Of a DNA stretch of 64,000 nucleotides, positions 62,774-64,000 are shown in pieces. This DNA comes from Octopus vulgaris. Its lineage: Eukaryota. The notes below the pieces were generated by a model. The model was not told the origin of the DNA and ran no database searches. It saw nothing but the letters and a program-made list of their open reading frames with translations. A program made the translations under genes and the position numbers. The stretch is taken from the NCBI GenBank assembly GCA_951406725.2, contig OX597819.1:91016001-91080000 (forward strand), given 5' to 3'. The first letter of the stretch is position 1. Every line of letters begins with the position of its first letter.

Positions 62774-63856
62774 GTTATACATGTAACAACATGAACAAGA
62801 ATGAAGAAAATCCCATTTTTATTTGATGATTACACCATTCATTGCTGATGATTATTTCTATTGTGCCAGCATATTTAGAAGTAGTGGGGGGGAAAAAGGT
62901 ACAAAATACCAATCAAATCAATATATCGGAATATCTATGTTAATACAAAACTATCAAGGTTGTAGTGAACCCTGGTGGCTACAATGGGAAGCAAAACAGT
63001 AAAAGGATTTAATGAGAATAATCTCCCTCATGCTTCTAGAATGTTCAAGAGCTTTCTGGAAGCTTCTGGTTTACGTGGAAGTCAAGGACTTCTGGTTCAT
63101 CCCTTATATTAAGGAAGGAAATTCTAAATTCGTGCCACTCTGTGTCTGTCTAACCTTAGGGTGGCATTGAGTCAAGCTGCCTTACTTTACACCCACTTGT
63201 GCACACATTCACCTCACTTACTTGGAGACATATGACTGCAAACAGAACATATTCATGTAATGTTATAAGCTTTCCTTCAATTAACTTTGTATGTTAACGC
63301 ATTACCTCCAGTAATAAAAGTTATGGTTTACTACAAGTGTCTCATGAATTTCAATTTTCTTGTACTGACTAAATTATCGTGTTGTACTGACTAAATTATA
63401 GTGTATCGTTAAATCAACGTTACCACCTAAAATGGATAACCCTGACATCACACACTGTAAGGTTATCCAAAATAGGCTAAATTCAAAGTGAACTGAGATA
63501 ATGTTGCTAATAAATGAACACATACAAAAAGAATGTTAAGAAGAAAAATAACATTCTAAGACATGCCAGTTTATTATTTAAAGTTATGATGACGTCAGTA
63601 GGTAAGGAAAAAAACAAAACAATAAACATAGAAATTTTACATCAAAACATTTAGTTATCTAGAAATTCTACATCATGACATTTAATAAACAAGCTTGCCT
63701 GCAATATCAAGGACATGATGACTGCAGTTAGGGAGGATATGGCCAACATAAAGATCAGCTTATCAATGCATTTAGCCATCTCAGAATCTACATCAAGGCT
63801 GATGGAAGTGAATAGCCTTATGGCATGTGTATGCGAATATATGAGTACCAAATTAA

Positions 63857-64000
63857 AGGCGGCGAGCTGGCAGAAACGTTAGCACACCGGGCGAAATGCG
63901 TAGTCGTATTTCTTCTGCCGTTACGTTCTGAGTTCAAATTCCGCCGAGGTCGACTTTACCTTTCATCCTTTCGGGGTCGATAAATTAAGTACCACTTACG
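63857..64000 (+). mobile_element. SINE family A, young copy cut by the window end
   Basis: AGGCGGCGAGCTGGCAGAAACGTTAGC..GAGTTCAAATTCCGCCGAGGTCGAC..TTTCATCCTTTCGGGGTCGAT. Confidence 0.9.

Noticed and set aside
63651-63851. 66-aa hydrophobic ORF
   Set aside because: Non-ATG start, no domain or splice support; the opposite strand may be a decayed retroelement end

Overview
AT-rich, repeat-saturated eukaryotic non-coding DNA (intron or intergenic). The mix of tRNA-derived SINEs, RTE LINEs ending in (GAT)n and dense (TA)n/(CA)n/(TATG)n/(GAT)n microsatellites looks like an octopus or other coleoid cephalopod genome; this is pattern recognition, not a database result. No intact host protein-coding gene is evident. 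Almost all ORFs in the track are microsatellite or SINE read-through, and there is one weak candidate exon near 29.2-29.46 kb. Supported content: at least five SINE families with shuffled head and tail modules; RTE-clade LINE remnants with a Cys/His finger inside the RT region; a 5'-truncated R4/Dong-like element sitting in (TACA)n; a nearly full-length mariner plus mariner, Tigger, hAT, piggyBac and 8-bp-TSD MITE derivatives; and several Penelope-like foldback modules. The most notable signals are type I hammerhead ribozyme folds in those modules (best at 20059-20149, minus strand), a tandemly amplified hairpin-plus-pseudoknot unit in the RTE 3' UTR, and a recurrent head-less tandem junction in one SINE family. 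All alignments and folds were done by eye and coordinates of degraded elements are approximate.
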